DNA of 64,000 nucleotides from Cenococcum geophilum (Eukaryota): NCBI GenBank assembly GCA_050273025.1, contig CP158636.1, positions 2,294,001 to 2,358,000 of the forward strand, read 5' to 3'. Shown piece by piece: positions 63,478 to 64,000 of this stretch (position 1 is its first letter; each line of letters starts with the position of its first letter). The notes under the pieces were generated by a model. It saw only the letters and a program-made list of their open reading frames with translations, ran no database searches and was not told where the DNA came from. The position numbers and the translations under genes were made by a program.

Positions 63478-64000
63478 TCTATTCACTTGCTCGCAGAGGT
63501 AGAGATATATTCTAAATAGTGTATTGTATTGGGGGGGTAGGCCCGAGGAGAGGGTAATCATCTCAGCCTGCTGTATTGCATAGTAGGTTCCCTACTATCT
63601 TAAGCAGTAGTAGATGATTACATACTCATTGCCCCCCTCGGGCCTACCGCAAGCCTAAGAGGCTGCAAAATCTATTTATAGGGTGAAGGGTAGGAAAGCG
63701 AAAAGCCGAAAGGCTAATTGTGATAGATATTAATGTTGCTATTCGAAGGGAAGGCATAACTTTGCTTTAAATAGACATTTTTATCTATTTACTTGCTCGC
63801 AGAGATAGAGATATATTCTAAATAGTGTATTATATTAGGGGGTGTAGGCCTAAGGAGAGGGTAATTATCTTAGCCTGCTATATTGCATAGTAGGTTCCCT
63901 ACTATCTTAAGCAGTAGTAGATAATTATATACTTATTGCCCTAAATAACGCGTACCGTTAGAAGCTAGCGGTATAAGGCCTACCCTATAACTAATATAGA
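63478..64000. mobile_element. End of an element with ~157-bp direct repeats (63478-63635, 63785-63940), interrupting the Gypsy integrase
   Basis: CTATT(C/T)ACTTGCTCGCAGAG...ATTGCCC occurs twice, separated by about 150 bp of unique sequence. No TG..CA termini. Confidence 0.6.

Noticed and set aside
1..64000. tRNA or rRNA genes and telomeric repeats
   Set aside because: None recognised by eye. Isolated TTAGGG matches (for example near 12640) are not arrays.

Overview
Fungal (Pezizomycotina-type) repeat-rich locus showing heavy RIP-like C>T/G>A decay, with abundant TpA and TAG/TAA in relic reading frames. Only two intact host genes are supported: an intronless HET-domain gene (1338-2942, +) and a 3-exon DUF3632-like gene (45160-46107, +). 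A third gene, not in the ORF track, is a RIP-inactivated RNase T1/ribotoxin-like pseudogene with no visible signal peptide (43787-44250, -), head-to-head with the DUF3632-like gene. The rest is nested transposons. There are two copies of a non-canonical Helitron with asymmetric sub-TIRs and a 3' hairpin. One copy is expanded to about 33 kb by a 19.2-kb TA-flanked Plavaka-type DNA transposon carrying two SNF2 helicase relics, a gag-only LTR element and solo LTRs. Also present are a small non-autonomous Copia-like element, MITEs, a TIR family with structurally conserved hairpins, and chromovirus relics with antisense Cys-cluster ORFs. All calls come from manual reading and translation; no searches were run, and boundaries of heavily RIPed relics are approximate.
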